From assembly GCA_013042715.1 (NCBI GenBank), contig JABDPN010000169.1:1-45317 (forward strand): 45,317 bases of DNA, given 5' to 3'. The position numbers were made by a program, and so were the translations under genes. This document shows, piece after piece, positions 44,858-45,317 of the stretch. Position 1 is the first letter of the stretch; every line of letters starts with the position of its first letter. Source of the stretch: Flavobacteriaceae bacterium (lineage in GTDB: Bacteria; Bacteroidota; Bacteroidia; Flavobacteriales; Flavobacteriaceae). Below the pieces are notes generated by a model. It ran no database searches, was not told where the DNA came from, and saw only the letters and a program-made list of their open reading frames with translations.

Positions 44858-45214
44858 ATGTCCAGAGATGAATTATTAAAAGAACGATGGAATTCTATTG
44901 TAGAAAAACTATCTAAACAATTTGCAGATGGTGATACATTAGATTTGGACGCCATTATCTACTTAATTGGTTTACAAGAGCTAGGGCAAATCCATAGAAA
45001 GTTTAAAAAAGACGATAAAATTAACCTAATGCATATAGCCATTTGTAGATTATTAGAACCTTATGGATATTATGAGTTTGATTATATAGATGACGATGGT
45101 TGGCCACACTACAAGGTTTTAGAGACATTACCCAACCTTAAAGCAGGCGAACAGAGTGTTTTAATGAAAGAAGCCATTGTAAACTATTTTCTGGAAGCAG
45201 AGTTTATAAAATAA
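44858..45214 (+). CDS. Hypothetical cytoplasmic protein (118 aa)
   Basis: Clean ORF with its own -7 box. No recognised motif. Located immediately upstream of the pheS start. Confidence 0.6.
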   Translation: MSRDELLKERWNSIVEKLSKQFADGDTLDLDAIIYLIGLQELGQIHRKFKKDDKINLMHIAICRLLEPYGYYEFDYIDDDGWPHYKVLETLPNLKAGEQSVLMKEAIVNYFLEAEFIK

Positions 45215-45255
45215 GAATTGTTAAATTTGCCCTTTGAATTTTTTGAGTAGCTATT

Positions 45256-45317
45256 ATGATAGACAAGATTAAAGAATTAATTAGCGAAGTAGAAGCATTT
45301 AATGCACAGTCTAAAGA
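45256..45317 (+). CDS. pheS: Phenylalanine--tRNA ligase alpha subunit, first 20 codons only (runs off the window end)
   Basis: ATG at 45256 gives MIDKIKELISEVEAFNAQSK.., which resembles flavobacterial PheS N-termini. Very short fragment. Confidence 0.5.
   Translation, partial: MIDKIKELISEVEAFNAQSK

Noticed and set aside
1-45317. Search for CRISPR arrays, tRNA/rRNA genes, transposases, integrases, prophage or defence-island hallmarks
   Set aside because: There are no spaced direct-repeat arrays. No intergenic region is long or GC-rich enough for structured RNA genes. No ORF shows DDE transposase or tyrosine/serine recombinase motifs, and no flanking long inverted repeats were seen. The window looks like core chromosome with a few poorly characterised operons.

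Overview
This is a gene-dense, AT-rich chromosomal segment. Gene content and promoter motifs point to a Flavobacteriaceae (Bacteroidota) genome. This is inferred from Bat operon order, HmuY/TonB-receptor lipoproteins, a TSP3-repeat OmpA, an IPExxxVDY protein and many TAnnTTTG -7 boxes. All calls come from reading motifs by eye; no database search was run.

About 45 protein genes are supported. Most are housekeeping: kbl, an AddA/UvrD-like helicase-nuclease, Mn-type SOD, purF, a PfkB kinase, an HBD-RNase H1, purN, acpP-fabF-rnc, pyk, dinB, an isoaspartyl peptidase/asparaginase, an ALDH7-type dehydrogenase, cvpA and the start of pheS.

The less-understood modules are:
- an 8-gene MoxR-DUF58-BatD-paralog-BatA-BatB-BatC-BatD-BatE operon (27649-36725)
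- a tightly coupled AKR-SDR-AlbA_2/Schlafen-like trio (23217-25988)
- a DUF1800/DUF1501 pair
- two paralogous DUF4382 lipoproteins
- a small membrane protein, SulP and beta-carbonic anhydrase unit
- a TonB receptor, HmuY-like lipoprotein and unknown 6-TM protein operon, with a divergent AraC regulator and a repeat-rich control region

A decayed remnant of a PBP1C (pbpC) gene with three in-frame stops lies at about 16051-16329. I found no tRNA or rRNA genes, CRISPR arrays, transposases or integrases.

No single feature is an unambiguous brand-new system. The best candidates for unexplained biology are the Bat-type operon with its enlarged BatD-paralog third gene, the AKR-SDR-AlbA_2 operon, and the TBDR-HmuY-membrane protein/AraC locus.
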